NCBI GenBank assembly: GCA_050250375.1 | Contig: JBFWOS010000001.1 | Span: 830,361 to 894,360, forward strand | Reading direction: 5' to 3' | DNA: 64,000 bases | Source of the DNA: Candidatus Omnitrophota bacterium | GTDB taxonomy: Bacteria > Omnitrophota > Gorgyraeia > Zapsychrales > Zapsychraceae | Shown: positions 1 through 10,253 of the stretch, piece by piece | Layout: each line of letters begins with the position of its first letter | Position numbering within the stretch: the first letter of the stretch is position 1 | The notes under the pieces: generated by a model | Told to the model about the DNA's origin: nothing | Databases searched by the model: none | The model's input: only the letters and a program-made list of their open reading frames with translations | Translations under genes and position numbers: made by a program

Positions 1-555
1 ATCACGATCGCACGGGTCAATCAGACACTGCAGTTTCCGGCAAAATTCATATTGATTTCCGCGATGAATCCATGCATGTGCGGCCATTTGGGAAGCTCGC
101 GGATTCCGTGCCGATGCAGTTCCACCCAGATCCAGAAATACCGTTCACGAATATCCGGTCCATTGCTGGACAGGATTGATTTGCATATTGATGTCCCTGC
201 TGTCAATCATTCGGAATTAAACAATCCTGCCACTTCAGAAAAATCGGAACAAATCAAAGAAAGAGTCCTTAAAGCACGGACCATTCAAGCCCAACGCTTA
301 CCGGACGAACAGAATTCCGTTTTCAACGGACAAATGAACCACCGTCAAATCCGCCAATTCTGCGTTCTAGAAAAGGAAGAAACTGAATTGCTGAGGCAGG
401 CCATGATTCAATTGAATTTAAGCGCACGTGCTTATGATAAGATCTTGAAGATATCGAGGACTATTGCCGATCTGGACGGATCAGAGAGGATAAAGTTGGA
501 ACACCTGGCTGAAGCTATTCAATACAGGAGCTTAGACAGAAACTTTCTTTCTTAA
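1..555 (+). CDS. comM: YifB/ComM family Mg-chelatase-like AAA+ ATPase, C-terminal part (5' truncated by the window)
   Basis: Frame open from base 1 (ITIARVNQTLQFPAKF...); AMNPCxCG, ISGPLLDRIDL, LSARAYDKILKISRTIADL and EAIQYR motifs. Confidence 0.93.
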   Translation: MTIARVNQTLQFPAKFILISAMNPCMCGHLGSSRIPCRCSSTQIQKYRSRISGPLLDRIDLHIDVPAVNHSELNNPATSEKSEQIKERVLKARTIQAQRLPDEQNSVFNGQMNHRQIRQFCVLEKEETELLRQAMIQLNLSARAYDKILKISRTIADLDGSERIKLEHLAEAIQYRSLDRNFLS

Positions 556-578
556 ACAGTCCTAGGCCGATTAAACGA

Positions 579-797
579 TCAACCGTTTTCTTTAATGAGG
601 ATCGCTTTAAGCTTGGAGGATATCTTCACAAATGAATACCCAACAATGAACACGAACAAACCCACCGCAGAATCAAATATATCTTTGTTAATGACACCGA
701 CAAAAGCAATCAGCACGCCCAGAAAAACCGGCAAGATCCCGCTTCTGTAAGCGGTTTTACTTAGATTCTTTAGTTCTTTTTGATTTTCGTCTTTCAT
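579..797 (-). CDS. Small two-TM membrane protein, unknown function
   Basis: 72 aa ORF, strong RBS (GGAGGGG), two hydrophobic segments. Confidence 0.7.
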   Translation of the reverse strand: MKDENQKELKNLSKTAYRSGILPVFLGVLIAFVGVINKDIFDSAVGLFVFIVGYSFVKISSKLKAILIKENG

Positions 798-865
798 AAT
801 CCCCTCCTGTTCGTTTTAGTATATCACTATTTTTTTGCTTGAAAAGGGATAATAAAAGAACGGAT

Positions 866-1282
866 TTAGACGAAGGTGATGGAGTAATAAAAAAAACAAT
901 AGGCAAGAGAGATGCAAAAAACGATCTTGAACGTATTAAAAGCGATGCACAGTGCCGTTGATTTGATACACATGATTTTTCCGCGATAGATCAGGTTATG
1001 ATTTTTGACAATCACAAAAACACAGACCAAAATAATAAGAAGAAGCAGCAAATCAAGCATATATATTTCCTTGAGATTCATGTACCCAAGATCCACGACT
1101 GGAATAATATTGAGCATATAAGAGTACAAAAAAAATATTGTCCCGACAAAAATAAACGAGATGTTAATGATGTTCCGGATGGAAACTCTGGTTATGATCA
1201 TATCTGCATCATCCAAGTTGGAATTTAAATAATCATAGAAATATAACATATTTAAAGACATTTGACCAACGCGGCTTAACAT
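866..1282 (-). CDS. AT-rich hypothetical membrane protein (start uncertain)
   Basis: Three hydrophobic segments; fills the gap between neighbours; markedly AT-rich. Confidence 0.45.
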   Translation of the reverse strand: MLSRVGQMSLNMLYFYDYLNSNLDDADMIITRVSIRNIINISFIFVGTIFFLYSYMLNIIPVVDLGYMNLKEIYMLDLLLLLIILVCVFVIVKNHNLIYRGKIMCIKSTALCIAFNTFKIVFCISLAYCFFYYSITFV

Positions 1283-1368
1283 CTATAACCCATTGTTCTG
1301 CAACTACTTAAAATTTCCAAAGGCGTGCGATTTTGAAATTTCCTCAGTTGGTCCAAACGTCGGAAAAC

Positions 1369-2361
1369 CTAACCATCACCTTTAATCAAATGGACATCTC
1401 TCTGCGGGAAAGGAATGACGATCCCTGCCTGGTTAAAGGTATCAAAGATTTTCTTGTTCAGATCAAAAAGGACGTCCCAATAAACATCCTGACGGCACCA
1501 TACGCGGCCATGCAGATCGACACTCGAATCACCGAACGATTTAATCCCGACCGAGATTTTAACCGCCTGATTAATCCTGTCATCATTTTTGATAATTTCC
1601 TTTATAACATTAATGGCCTTCTGCACATCGGCTTTATAAGAAACGCCGACATTAATATCAATCCGTTTAAAGCTCGAGCAATTATGGATGATCTCCCCGA
1701 CGATGTGACTGTTAGGGATCATAATAAATTCCCCATCAACCGTCCGCAGCTCTGTCCGCGGTAATTTGATTTCCAAAACTTCTCCGGTCCGTCCGGCCAC
1801 CTCCACAATATCTCCGACTTTAAACGGTTTCGTGAAAATCAACGAAACGCCCGCCGCATAATTACCCAACGGTCCCTGAAGCGCAAAACTCAAACCGAAC
1901 CCGGCCACGCTCAACCCGGCAATTAAAGGGGCGATCTCGATCCCAAACTTACCCAAGGCCACAATGACCGCAAATATCATGACCAGCAGCTTTACGCATT
2001 GAGCGGCAAATTTTGATACTGTGATATCAAACTGTTTCTTCAAAAAGAAATCCAATAATTTCTTGGCAATAAACCCGCCAATAAACCAGCCAAGGGCCAG
2101 AACAATTAATCCCCCCATCACTTGAAAACTGTATTTCACAAAGAATTCGATGATGATATCAATTAATTTTTTAAACGTCGCCACCTGTTCAACGGCGACC
2201 TCTCCAAGATTTTGAGGAGGCTCTACCTGCTTAAATTTTATGATCGGTCCACCGGTATTTTCCGGGACATCCGCCGGCGTCTGGGCCGCTGCGAAGGGGG
2301 ACACAACCATGACCATCGCCCAGAACAAAAACACCCAAAGAACTGAAATTCTCTTAACCAT
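1369..2361 (-). CDS. mscS: Small-conductance mechanosensitive channel (MscS family) with signal peptide
   Basis: GFGLSFALQGPLGNYAAG, PFKVGD, IPNS, FGDSSV and IPFPQRDVH motifs; RBS AAGGAG. Confidence 0.93.
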   Translation of the reverse strand: MVKRISVLWVFLFWAMVMVVSPFAAAQTPADVPENTGGPIIKFKQVEPPQNLGEVAVEQVATFKKLIDIIIEFFVKYSFQVMGGLIVLALGWFIGGFIAKKLLDFFLKKQFDITVSKFAAQCVKLLVMIFAVIVALGKFGIEIAPLIAGLSVAGFGLSFALQGPLGNYAAGVSLIFTKPFKVGDIVEVAGRTGEVLEIKLPRTELRTVDGEFIMIPNSHIVGEIIHNCSSFKRIDINVGVSYKADVQKAINVIKEIIKNDDRINQAVKISVGIKSFGDSSVDLHGRVWCRQDVYWDVLFDLNKKIFDTFNQAGIVIPFPQRDVHLIKGDG

Positions 2362-2492
2362 ATTTTCTCCTTATCTTGGCTCCTACTTCTCGATATTCTA
2401 ATTGTTTGTTCCACAGCAATAGACAGAACCGACTGTTTATTTAACGTTGAACTTTAAACTTTTCAATCATCGCGATACTTACGAGTGAATTG

Positions 2493-2520
2493 TTGCCTAA
2501 AAGAACTGAAATGTTATAAT
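2493..2520 (+). promoter_or_regulatory. Sigma70-type promoter for the phosphorylase gene
   Basis: TTGCCT-N16-TATAAT with an extended TG element. Confidence 0.6.
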
Positions 2521-2576
2521 TCTATCATAATTCAAAAAATTGAAAACTAATAATCCCTCTACGACAGGCTGTTTTC

Positions 2577-3278
2577 ATGATCACATTTGAACAATTATTC
2601 GGGATCCAAAAGGAAAAAATCAAGAAGACCTGCGTCTTGACACCATTCCTTTCTGACGAGTTGGTTCAATCCTTCGACCTAAAAGAATTCTTCCGAGGAA
2701 GCCCGTTTTCTTGCGGCCAATCGGAAGATATCAGTCTCATCCACACACAAATCGGCGCCCCTTTTGTTGGCGACGCAGTTCTATACCTCTCAGACACGCC
2801 TTGTGAAAACCTGATTTTTCTCGGTGCCTGCAGCGCTGTCAAACCGTCCGACCTTCACCTAGGCATGATCGTCATCCCCGGCCCAGTGGCCAATTGTGAA
2901 AGTTTCACGAGCCTATTGACCAGGCAAATAAACCATACGCCACTCATCACGGGCGACCAAACCTTGTTTGGAAAAATATTTGAGTTGGAGAACAGCTTGA
3001 CGAAAGTAACGTGCGCTTCATTCGGATCATTTAAGCTGGAAGAAACATATGGCGAATTCCTGCAACAAAATAATATTCAGGTCGTGGATATGGAGGTTTG
3101 CGCGTTTTATCATGCCGCCCGTCACATCGGACGAAAAGGTGCGGCGCTTCTTTATGTTTCCGAGATCATGGGAGAAAAACACGCCTTCGAACCGCTGACA
3201 CCGCCACAACAATCCTTAGTACAGATCAGCCGGCATAAATGCGCCCGGATCATCCGGCAACTCGCCATCAATCTCTAA
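2577..3278 (+). CDS. Nucleoside phosphorylase superfamily (PNP/UDP) protein
   Basis: IGAP, IFLGACSA and VVDMEVCAFY motifs. Confidence 0.75.
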   Translation: MITFEQLFGIQKEKIKKTCVLTPFLSDELVQSFDLKEFFRGSPFSCGQSEDISLIHTQIGAPFVGDAVLYLSDTPCENLIFLGACSAVKPSDLHLGMIVIPGPVANCESFTSLLTRQINHTPLITGDQTLFGKIFELENSLTKVTCASFGSFKLEETYGEFLQQNNIQVVDMEVCAFYHAARHIGRKGAALLYVSEIMGEKHAFEPLTPPQQSLVQISRHKCARIIRQLAINL

Positions 3279-3284
3279 GACCAG

Positions 3285-4442
3285 TTATGAAAAAACGACA
3301 ATACTATCCGTGAACCCATGCAGAAAATTTCTTCCCCCGACCGGACCGATTTCTCCGGCACAAAAAAAACCGGCAGCCGGAATCGGCCCAATATATTTCT
3401 GGATCAGTTTAATGTCATGATCGGGTTCTCCGAACAAACTTAACCCGCGTCCATTACAGGAAAAAACAAAGGCCCCCTGAGGCGTCGACGCCTTATTCTT
3501 CTCTTTATATACGGCCAACAGTTGATTCAAATCCTCCTCGGCAGTTTTAGCGTCCCGGATATGAATCTGAATCGTTTGCCCCGGATTAATTATATCGCCG
3601 ATCGCTACTGCGCCAGTTTCCTGGTCAACCCCAATAACGCTGCGGACAATAAAATCCCCCCGGTTAAAGCCGTGTTTATATTCATCCATCACGATGCCGA
3701 TTAAAAGAGCCTGTTGGACAAGCCTCCGTTCATTCTCGGATAACTTTACAAATATCTTGCGAAGAACATCCAAAAAAGGCTCTCCGGCGATTTCATAGAT
3801 AATATTATTTTCCGCCTTGGTCACAATATAACTTTCCCCGATCGGTTTGCACCCTTGTGAAACAATAGTATCAATCTTTATATCACCGGTCATCACCATG
3901 CCGATAATTCCATGATTATAGGACTGTCCGTTGAGCATCAGAAGGTTTCCGTTGGCTGATGCCGATCCGCTGGCCAGTCCGCCGACAACCGGCGAGGCCC
4001 CGTAAGCATTGTTCATGCCCAGGATGAACCGGTTCAGGTCCACCCGGAAAGGATCAGGAAAAATCATGAACACCGGATTTTCATTCGGATATATTTCAAA
4101 AAGCTCATAAAAATCTTCATCCAGAAAAAGATTCTCGATATGTTCCTGATCGATATAGAATGGTTTGATCTTTACCTTCGGCAGTTTAGCCAAAAACAAA
4201 GAAGCGGCGGTCTGGTTTTCAAGCTCAGCCTGACTGCCGATAATTCCGGCACAAGTACAGGCCAAAAAATTCTGAATCTTAACTTTCTCCTGAATTCCCT
4301 GGACGATGATCTGAATATGACTTTCCTGGTGGGGCGTAATAAACAAAACCCCCATATCAAAATCACTTCCGCAACGCCCTGTCAATTGATGGATCATCTG
4401 CTGCGGATCGTTTGACGTAGAAAGGGTTGATTTAAATTCCAT
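3285..4442 (-). CDS. FIST N/C domain signal-transduction protein
   Basis: GGLASG, VSQGCKPIG, FSCNGRG, GFFCAGEIGP and LHGFT motifs; start moved to MEFKST. Confidence 0.9.
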   Translation of the reverse strand: MEFKSTLSTSNDPQQMIHQLTGRCGSDFDMGVLFITPHQESHIQIIVQGIQEKVKIQNFLACTCAGIIGSQAELENQTAASLFLAKLPKVKIKPFYIDQEHIENLFLDEDFYELFEIYPNENPVFMIFPDPFRVDLNRFILGMNNAYGASPVVGGLASGSASANGNLLMLNGQSYNHGIIGMVMTGDIKIDTIVSQGCKPIGESYIVTKAENNIIYEIAGEPFLDVLRKIFVKLSENERRLVQQALLIGIVMDEYKHGFNRGDFIVRSVIGVDQETGAVAIGDIINPGQTIQIHIRDAKTAEEDLNQLLAVYKEKNKASTPQGAFVFSCNGRGLSLFGEPDHDIKLIQKYIGPIPAAGFFCAGEIGPVGGRNFLHGFTDSIVVFS

Positions 4443-4562
4443 AATTGTTCTTTCTTGGTTGAAGTCTCGACATAATAATTTTTGACATTCTGACCATTTC
4501 CTCCTGTAACAGCCTTGTTCGCGCAAACGATCCAGCCGTCTTGAAAATGGTTAGCTTTTTCA

Positions 4563-5645
4563 TTATAACTCATCCAGGTCTTTGAGGGTGGCGGATGTAG
4601 AAAATAATTTAGTATTCCTTAAATATTTGATCTCGATTCGGTCGCCGTTTTTCTTGGTCTTTTCAATGTATTCAATCAAATCCTCATTATTGTTAACCGG
4701 ATGGTCATCAAGCTTCGTTATGATATCGCCATAAATGATCCCACCGAAGATTCCGCCTTCCCGTTGTGTCGGTGCAAGCCCTGCCTTATCAGCCGGACCA
4801 CCCGGTAAAATATTCAAGATCATGGCGCCATCAACCCCCAGCCGTCGGCGGATATTATCCGGAACAAGAACGATCCCCAGCCCGACTTTTTTAACCTTCC
4901 CGTATTTGATCAGTTGCGGGACGACCCGTTTAACCGTATCCACCGGGATTGCAAAGCCGACGCCGGCCGAAGCCCCGGACGGGCTGTATATAGCGGTCGT
5001 CACTCCGATCAACTGCCCGCCTGAATCCAGCAGCGGCCCTCCCGAACTTCCGGGATTAATCGCCGCATCCGTCTGGATGGCATCGTAAATCCGTGTCCCG
5101 GTCATGGCCTGGATCGAACGTCCGAGGGCGCTGACGACACCGGTCGTCAAAGAATAGTCCAGGCCAAAAGGATTGCCGATGGATAAAACCTTCTGTCCAA
5201 CTTTAAGATGCTTTGATTCCCCCAGCGGAATGGCTTTTAAAATATCCTTCGGAGCATCCACCTTTAACACCGCCAGATCATGATCGGGAGAATACCCGAC
5301 AATCTTGGCATTATAAGTTTTCTGGTCGGAAAGGGTGACATCAATTTTATCGGCCCGGTATAAGACATGAAAATTGGTCACGATATGGCCATCCTTGTCC
5401 CAGACAAAACCCGAGCCCGCGCCGCGCGGCACCTCATAAAACTCCGCGGAAAACCAGTCAACCTGCAAAGCTGCGTTCTTGATAAAAGCCACCGAGGGGG
5501 ATACGGATTCAAAAATAGCGATATTCATTTCTTCATCGCTTTTGATGACAGTCTTGAACCCGCGAGGATCCGGAGATTTTTCACAGGCGGCCGCCAATAA
5601 AATAACTCCGATCAGTAATAAATAGGGAAATTTAAAAATGCACAT
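4563..5645 (-). CDS. HtrA/DegS-like trypsin serine protease with PDZ domain, probable lipoprotein
   Basis: GSGF, TNFHV, DLAVL and IQTDAAINPGSSGGPL triad motifs; LAAAC lipobox; C-terminal PDZ. Confidence 0.92.
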   Translation of the reverse strand: MCIFKFPYLLLIGVILLAAACEKSPDPRGFKTVIKSDEEMNIAIFESVSPSVAFIKNAALQVDWFSAEFYEVPRGAGSGFVWDKDGHIVTNFHVLYRADKIDVTLSDQKTYNAKIVGYSPDHDLAVLKVDAPKDILKAIPLGESKHLKVGQKVLSIGNPFGLDYSLTTGVVSALGRSIQAMTGTRIYDAIQTDAAINPGSSGGPLLDSGGQLIGVTTAIYSPSGASAGVGFAIPVDTVKRVVPQLIKYGKVKKVGLGIVLVPDNIRRRLGVDGAMILNILPGGPADKAGLAPTQREGGIFGGIIYGDIITKLDDHPVNNNEDLIEYIEKTKKNGDRIEIKYLRNTKLFSTSATLKDLDEL

Positions 5646-5725
5646 GTGAAACACCGTTTTTATTCGTTTCTTGCCTTCTTGTTTATATACCGAATAACTT
5701 ATCTTTGTCAACTCATCCGACGAGC

Positions 5726-6859
5726 TTAACTTAAGAGCATCTTAGTAAGATAACTTTCGTAGATTTTGTAGAATGTGACCATCGATTCGATATTAATCCA
5801 CTCATCAACCGTATGTAAATTTCCAACCAACGGCCTTGAGATCATAACCGGTATGCCGTGCGTCGATAAAAAGCGGGCGTCGCTCCCGCCATCATCCCTT
5901 GCAAGGACGGTCGACTGGCCAGTCACTTCCTGGATAGTCTTCTGATACTCTATGTCCGGCGAAAGACTGGTCGGATCGGCGCTGATGATGACGTCCATCC
6001 GGACATCTTCGCCTAATATTTCCTTAATATGTTTCTTCATTTTCCTCACTGTATAAGGCGAAGGAAACCGGACATCCAGCGTCGCGCTGGCATCACAGGG
6101 TATCCGGTTAATCTGTTTATTTTCCGTCCCCATCATAGTGACCGCACACGTCGGATACCACCGGTCATCCTGATCATGATTTTCCTGCATGACTTTAAAG
6201 GACGCTTTCAGATACGACAATTTATCCATGATATGTTCAATAGGGTTAAGCCCCTGCCACGGTCTGGCGGAATGGGCTGATTTCCCTTCACAGAATACCT
6301 TTATATGAAGAATCCCTTTCTCCTCAACGGTAACCTGGTTCAGAGAACCGCCGTCCGGAATCATCGCCTTGTGCGCACGCAGCCCTTTCTTACCGACCAA
6401 AAAACCGATACCCGACTCACCCCCGGTCTCCTCATCTGAGGTAATGGCAATCGCTAACGATGCTTTTTGGGATCGCGTGTTTATTAATCGGAAAATTTCC
6501 AGCAAGATGGCGACGGCCCCTTTCATATCCCCTGATCCCGGCCCGTAAATGCGGCCGTTTTCTATATGGGAACGGTAGCAGGAAACATCCTCATGTTCGA
6601 TGACATCAATATGCCCGCACATCAATATCTTTGGCTTTTTAATCCCTTTCGTCATCGCGACCAATGACGGGATACCGTTATCTTCATATTCAGTGACTTC
6701 CAGATGATCCAGAGAATCAAGGTGATTTTTGATGACTTCAAATGCCCTGCGCCTGTCTTCGGGTCTTGACGGGATGCTCGGGATCAACATTAAGTCCCTG
6801 GTCAGGGCGACCAAACGGTCTTCTAAAGAATTGTGACTGCTGGTTTTAATCACGGTCAT
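5726..6859 (-). CDS. M20 family metallopeptidase/deacylase (DapE/ArgE-like)
   Basis: GHIDV, GSGDMKG, DEETGG, GGSDAR and C-terminal His (LHTVDE). Confidence 0.9.
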   Translation of the reverse strand: MTVIKTSSHNSLEDRLVALTRDLMLIPSIPSRPEDRRRAFEVIKNHLDSLDHLEVTEYEDNGIPSLVAMTKGIKKPKILMCGHIDVIEHEDVSCYRSHIENGRIYGPGSGDMKGAVAILLEIFRLINTRSQKASLAIAITSDEETGGESGIGFLVGKKGLRAHKAMIPDGGSLNQVTVEEKGILHIKVFCEGKSAHSARPWQGLNPIEHIMDKLSYLKASFKVMQENHDQDDRWYPTCAVTMMGTENKQINRIPCDASATLDVRFPSPYTVRKMKKHIKEILGEDVRMDVIISADPTSLSPDIEYQKTIQEVTGQSTVLARDDGGSDARFLSTHGIPVMISRPLVGNLHTVDEWINIESMVTFYKIYESYLTKMLLS

Positions 6860-8210
6860 ACACTCCTTTAATGGTCTCAATCTCCTGCAAACGTTTAAGC
6901 AAACTAAAAACATCATTCACACCGGGGCCTAAAAATAAAAACTGCCCTTTGACTATTTTCCCAGCTTCATTGGGGTTAAAATTAAAAGGTAAAATCCCCC
7001 CGGACATACCGGGCCGGAAAAGCAATTCCTGCCGGTCGAGAACATCCAGCAGATTATCCGTCTCATAAGAAGGATCGAAACGGATATTGCGCATAAGCCA
7101 GGCCCCCTTCGGCAAAAATGTCCTGGCCAAAATGGCCGGATAGGTAGCTCCGGTCACCCGGGCATTAATCTCACAGATTCTGACTTCTGTCCGTTTGTTA
7201 TGAACAATCACATGAAAATCGATGCTGCCGGTTCCGCGGTAACCCTGATCATATAACCACTGCCCGGCAACTGCAGCCTGGTCAAACAATTCCTGCCGGC
7301 AATCACAGCCTCCGGTAAGAAATACCGGTGGGGCCACATTCCCTTCGTGGATACTGTCCGGACTTAGAATCTGATCCGTCAGGTCATACAAATGAACTCT
7401 CTGCTCATCCACAAAAAGCTGAATACTGGGCGAACCAATATATCGCACCCCTTCAACCGTTTCATCCAGCCAGCCCTGGACAAGGACCTTACCTTCAAAA
7501 AGCAGATATTCCGGAATTGTTAAATCGTCAAATGGCTCATCCAGGGATAATTTCTGCATCCCGATTCCGGATGCCCCGATGGGGGCCTTAACAACAACAT
7601 GATGATACCCTTTAGCTTTAAAATCACGCATACATTTCTTAATGTCCGCCACAGAATCGGTTTCGTAAGAATCAAAAACATTAAATTTGGTTGTCTTCAA
7701 AAACTGATGAAGCAATAATTTGTTGTTTCCGTTCCGGCAGCCTTTTTTTGTCCCAACTGTTTTCTTCCCAAGCAGTTGTGCTAAGTTTACCAGCGCGTCA
7801 TCAACAATATAACCGTCCAGGCAATCAACATCTATCTGCCTGAGCCAATCAATTAACTCCTGGGATCTTCCTGAATAATGGTCTTTTTTCTCGGAGAATG
7901 TTTTATAAACATCAAACGGAACTACCCGAACCTGGGGCAAGGTCAGTTCAAGATCCTGCCTGAAATATTCGATTAATTGGTTATCCGGAGGGACTTCCAG
8001 AAGAAGGACATTTTTTTTGCCATGAAACATCAGATTGATCAGGGGAATAAGACGGCTACCGTAGGTTTCCAAAGCGCCGACTTCTTTTTTTAAGACCTCG
8101 GTCTCTGAAATATTTCCGTAGAACAACGACAGGATATTGGCAAAAAATGCTACGGACCGGTTCCAGAACGGCGGAATCTGACCCGGGATTTGATTGACTC
8201 CTTTAGACAT
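6846..8210 (-). CDS. PGM1-like pre-ATP-grasp/ATP-grasp ligase
   Basis: VVKAPIGASGIG, SPSIQ, HEGN, GYRGTGSIDF and EINARVTGATY ATP-grasp motifs. Confidence 0.75.
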   Translation of the reverse strand: MSKGVNQIPGQIPPFWNRSVAFFANILSLFYGNISETEVLKKEVGALETYGSRLIPLINLMFHGKKNVLLLEVPPDNQLIEYFRQDLELTLPQVRVVPFDVYKTFSEKKDHYSGRSQELIDWLRQIDVDCLDGYIVDDALVNLAQLLGKKTVGTKKGCRNGNNKLLLHQFLKTTKFNVFDSYETDSVADIKKCMRDFKAKGYHHVVVKAPIGASGIGMQKLSLDEPFDDLTIPEYLLFEGKVLVQGWLDETVEGVRYIGSPSIQLFVDEQRVHLYDLTDQILSPDSIHEGNVAPPVFLTGGCDCRQELFDQAAVAGQWLYDQGYRGTGSIDFHVIVHNKRTEVRICEINARVTGATYPAILARTFLPKGAWLMRNIRFDPSYETDNLLDVLDRQELLFRPGMSGGILPFNFNPNEAGKIVKGQFLFLGPGVNDVFSLLKRLQEIETIKGVYDRD

Positions 8211-8302
8211 TGTTCTTCCCTTCGCAAAAAGACACATTTTTTATCTATTTTAGCGAAGATTGGGTTTTAAAGGGACAATTTTTAGAATTTTATTCGGAAA
8301 GA

Positions 8303-8686
8303 TTAATTTAAGTAATGCGGAGGAATGACCTTACGGCTGTTATACCCTTCATCAATGCTGTGAAAAAAGCGGATATCTTGTTCATCCGAGCGCCAGCAGA
8401 GGAAAACGGGATGCCCGTCAATCATACCCGGGAAGTCAACCAGACCGACCTCAAAATTCCAGTCTTTGTAAAAACAACCCAGCGCCTCCAGCTCCTTCAT
8501 CAAATCCTGGATCTCAGACTGAATTTCAAGACCATAGGCTGAAAGTTCGGTTCCGGCCGGAGACTGGGCAATGATGTCTTTTAACTGCTGCCCTTTAACA
8601 AGAATGTCCTCGACAATCTGCTTAACCAGCGGAAGCCGTTTGTTCGCCTCTTGCGGCGTAAATTGTTTTTTATAAACATCTGGCAT
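8303..8686 (-). CDS. DUF2203 family protein
   Basis: FTPQEANxxLP, GLVDFP, LCWRSDE and FH...GY..R motifs. Confidence 0.88.
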   Translation of the reverse strand: MPDVYKKQFTPQEANKRLPLVKQIVEDILVKGQQLKDIIAQSPAGTELSAYGLEIQSEIQDLMKELEALGCFYKDWNFEVGLVDFPGMIDGHPVFLCWRSDEQDIRFFHSIDEGYNSRKVIPPHYLN

Positions 8687-8748
8687 TGGATTTCCTCTAG
8701 CTAAAGTATAGCTGTTAATTTTACGCTAGACAAGTTCAACGCTAAAAA

Positions 8749-10227
8749 TTATTCATCCAATTGCATAATCGGAGCAAAATATCCCTTCTCAGTCCTTGTC
8801 CAATACTCATGATTTTTCTGGAATAGATATTTTGATGTGAACTCATAGTCAAAAATCTTCGCGCGGATGTATGTGGGCGGGACCCCAAAAAACGGATCTA
8901 CGAAAAACAAATCCAAGACCTTTCTTTCTCCTTCAAGCAGTCTTTTGAGGAGGGTGGAAAACCAGGGGGTATACCTATAATCGGGCATCAGGGCCGCAAA
9001 CCACATCTGCCAGTCAAGCCGCGGCTGGTGAGGAGCGACCTGAAAAGGGGCCCGAAATACATTCCCGGGCTTATATTTAAACTCATATGTTTTCCAATTA
9101 TATCCGTCGTTACTTCCTTCGATGATAATTTCCGTGCGCTGTGTAGTCATCGTGGCAAACAAGCCGTAACTATTGTTGATCAAATACGGACGGAACGTTT
9201 TCATAACATTATCGACTCCTTTAGGGAGATTGGACTTCATGCCGACAAAGTTCAAAAACGTCATGGAAATGAGAATACCGACTACCGCCTGACAAAATAT
9301 GTCCTTAATCCGGGTCAGTTGCGTATCCTTGAATTTAAATTGTTGCGGCATCTGTCCCCACGAGGCAAAGGCCCTGTCATAAATCTTCTTGCGGAAATGT
9401 AAATCATCAATCAACAAAAAGCATAACGCAATCGTTATTAAATTAAAAAAACCATAGTTTCCGGTCAGCATAATAACCGCCTGCAATAACATAATTGCTG
9501 CGCTGGACCACAGCCTGATTTGACGGTCCATAAAAATGCCGAGGGGTACCCCCAGTTCAATGACAAACATGAACAAACAAGCGACCTCATGAAAATAATA
9601 CGGCTGCTGGCTCATATACCAGCTGATCAGATTCGGAAGCGGCTGTGTGTAATAATGATAGGATAATGCCGTCAGGTTAAGCCAGTTTTCATCCCCGCTA
9701 ATTACTTTAACCAGACCGGACTGAAAGACCAGTTTAAACAAAAGCAGCCGGAAGGCAAACATGACCCAGCGTGGCGGAGGTTCTTCAAACGTATTCAATT
9801 CCTTGGACCAGGGGGCTAGAAAAATACTCAGAAACCCGGCTTCCAGAAGCAATATATCCCATTGAAAACTTAAGAACGTTTGGCCGACATGGACGACTGA
9901 AAGGTAAAAAATCCAGAGAAAAAATAAACATACGGCCGGATAAAAACCGGCCGTCACCAAACCGGAAAGTAACATGCCGATAAAACAGACGGTGACCAGC
10001 ACCCAATCACTGTGATTAAACCAGAAAATCGTAGGCAGCCCGAAGAAATTTTTGTACCCGTAATATTCTTCCGCGGCCTGAAGATACTCGCCGACCGGAA
10101 GAATGCCACGACTGCCGATCAGCCCTTCAATCTGCACCCATATGGACGCGAAGGCAATAAAATAAATAATCCCCAAGAACCGGATAAAAAAACGCCGGGC
10201 AATAAAATATGTATTGGTTTGATCCAT
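8749..10227 (-). CDS. Lipase maturation factor (LMF) family membrane protein
   Basis: FQWDILLLEAG, TQPLP, GNYGFFN, YGLFA and HQPRLDWQMWFAA motifs. Confidence 0.93.
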   Translation of the reverse strand: MDQTNTYFIARRFFIRFLGIIYFIAFASIWVQIEGLIGSRGILPVGEYLQAAEEYYGYKNFFGLPTIFWFNHSDWVLVTVCFIGMLLSGLVTAGFYPAVCLFFLWIFYLSVVHVGQTFLSFQWDILLLEAGFLSIFLAPWSKELNTFEEPPPRWVMFAFRLLLFKLVFQSGLVKVISGDENWLNLTALSYHYYTQPLPNLISWYMSQQPYYFHEVACLFMFVIELGVPLGIFMDRQIRLWSSAAIMLLQAVIMLTGNYGFFNLITIALCFLLIDDLHFRKKIYDRAFASWGQMPQQFKFKDTQLTRIKDIFCQAVVGILISMTFLNFVGMKSNLPKGVDNVMKTFRPYLINNSYGLFATMTTQRTEIIIEGSNDGYNWKTYEFKYKPGNVFRAPFQVAPHQPRLDWQMWFAALMPDYRYTPWFSTLLKRLLEGERKVLDLFFVDPFFGVPPTYIRAKIFDYEFTSKYLFQKNHEYWTRTEKGYFAPIMQLDE

Positions 10228-10253
10228 AGTCTACTTAACGTATCTTAAGCAAC

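Noticed and set aside
860-1300. Integron cassette remnant around the AT-rich ORF (GTTAAGC at the 5' end, GTCTAAA at the stop)
   Set aside because: No complete attC inverted repeat; 7-mers of this kind are expected by chance
2338-2512. Repeated AAAGAACTGAAAT in the mscS 5' end and the divergent promoter spacer
   Set aside because: Only two AT-rich copies, one constrained by coding; probably chance
4563-5645. Inactive HtrA because of GSSGG instead of GNSGG
   Set aside because: The catalytic His, Asp and Ser are all present; the change is at a non-catalytic position
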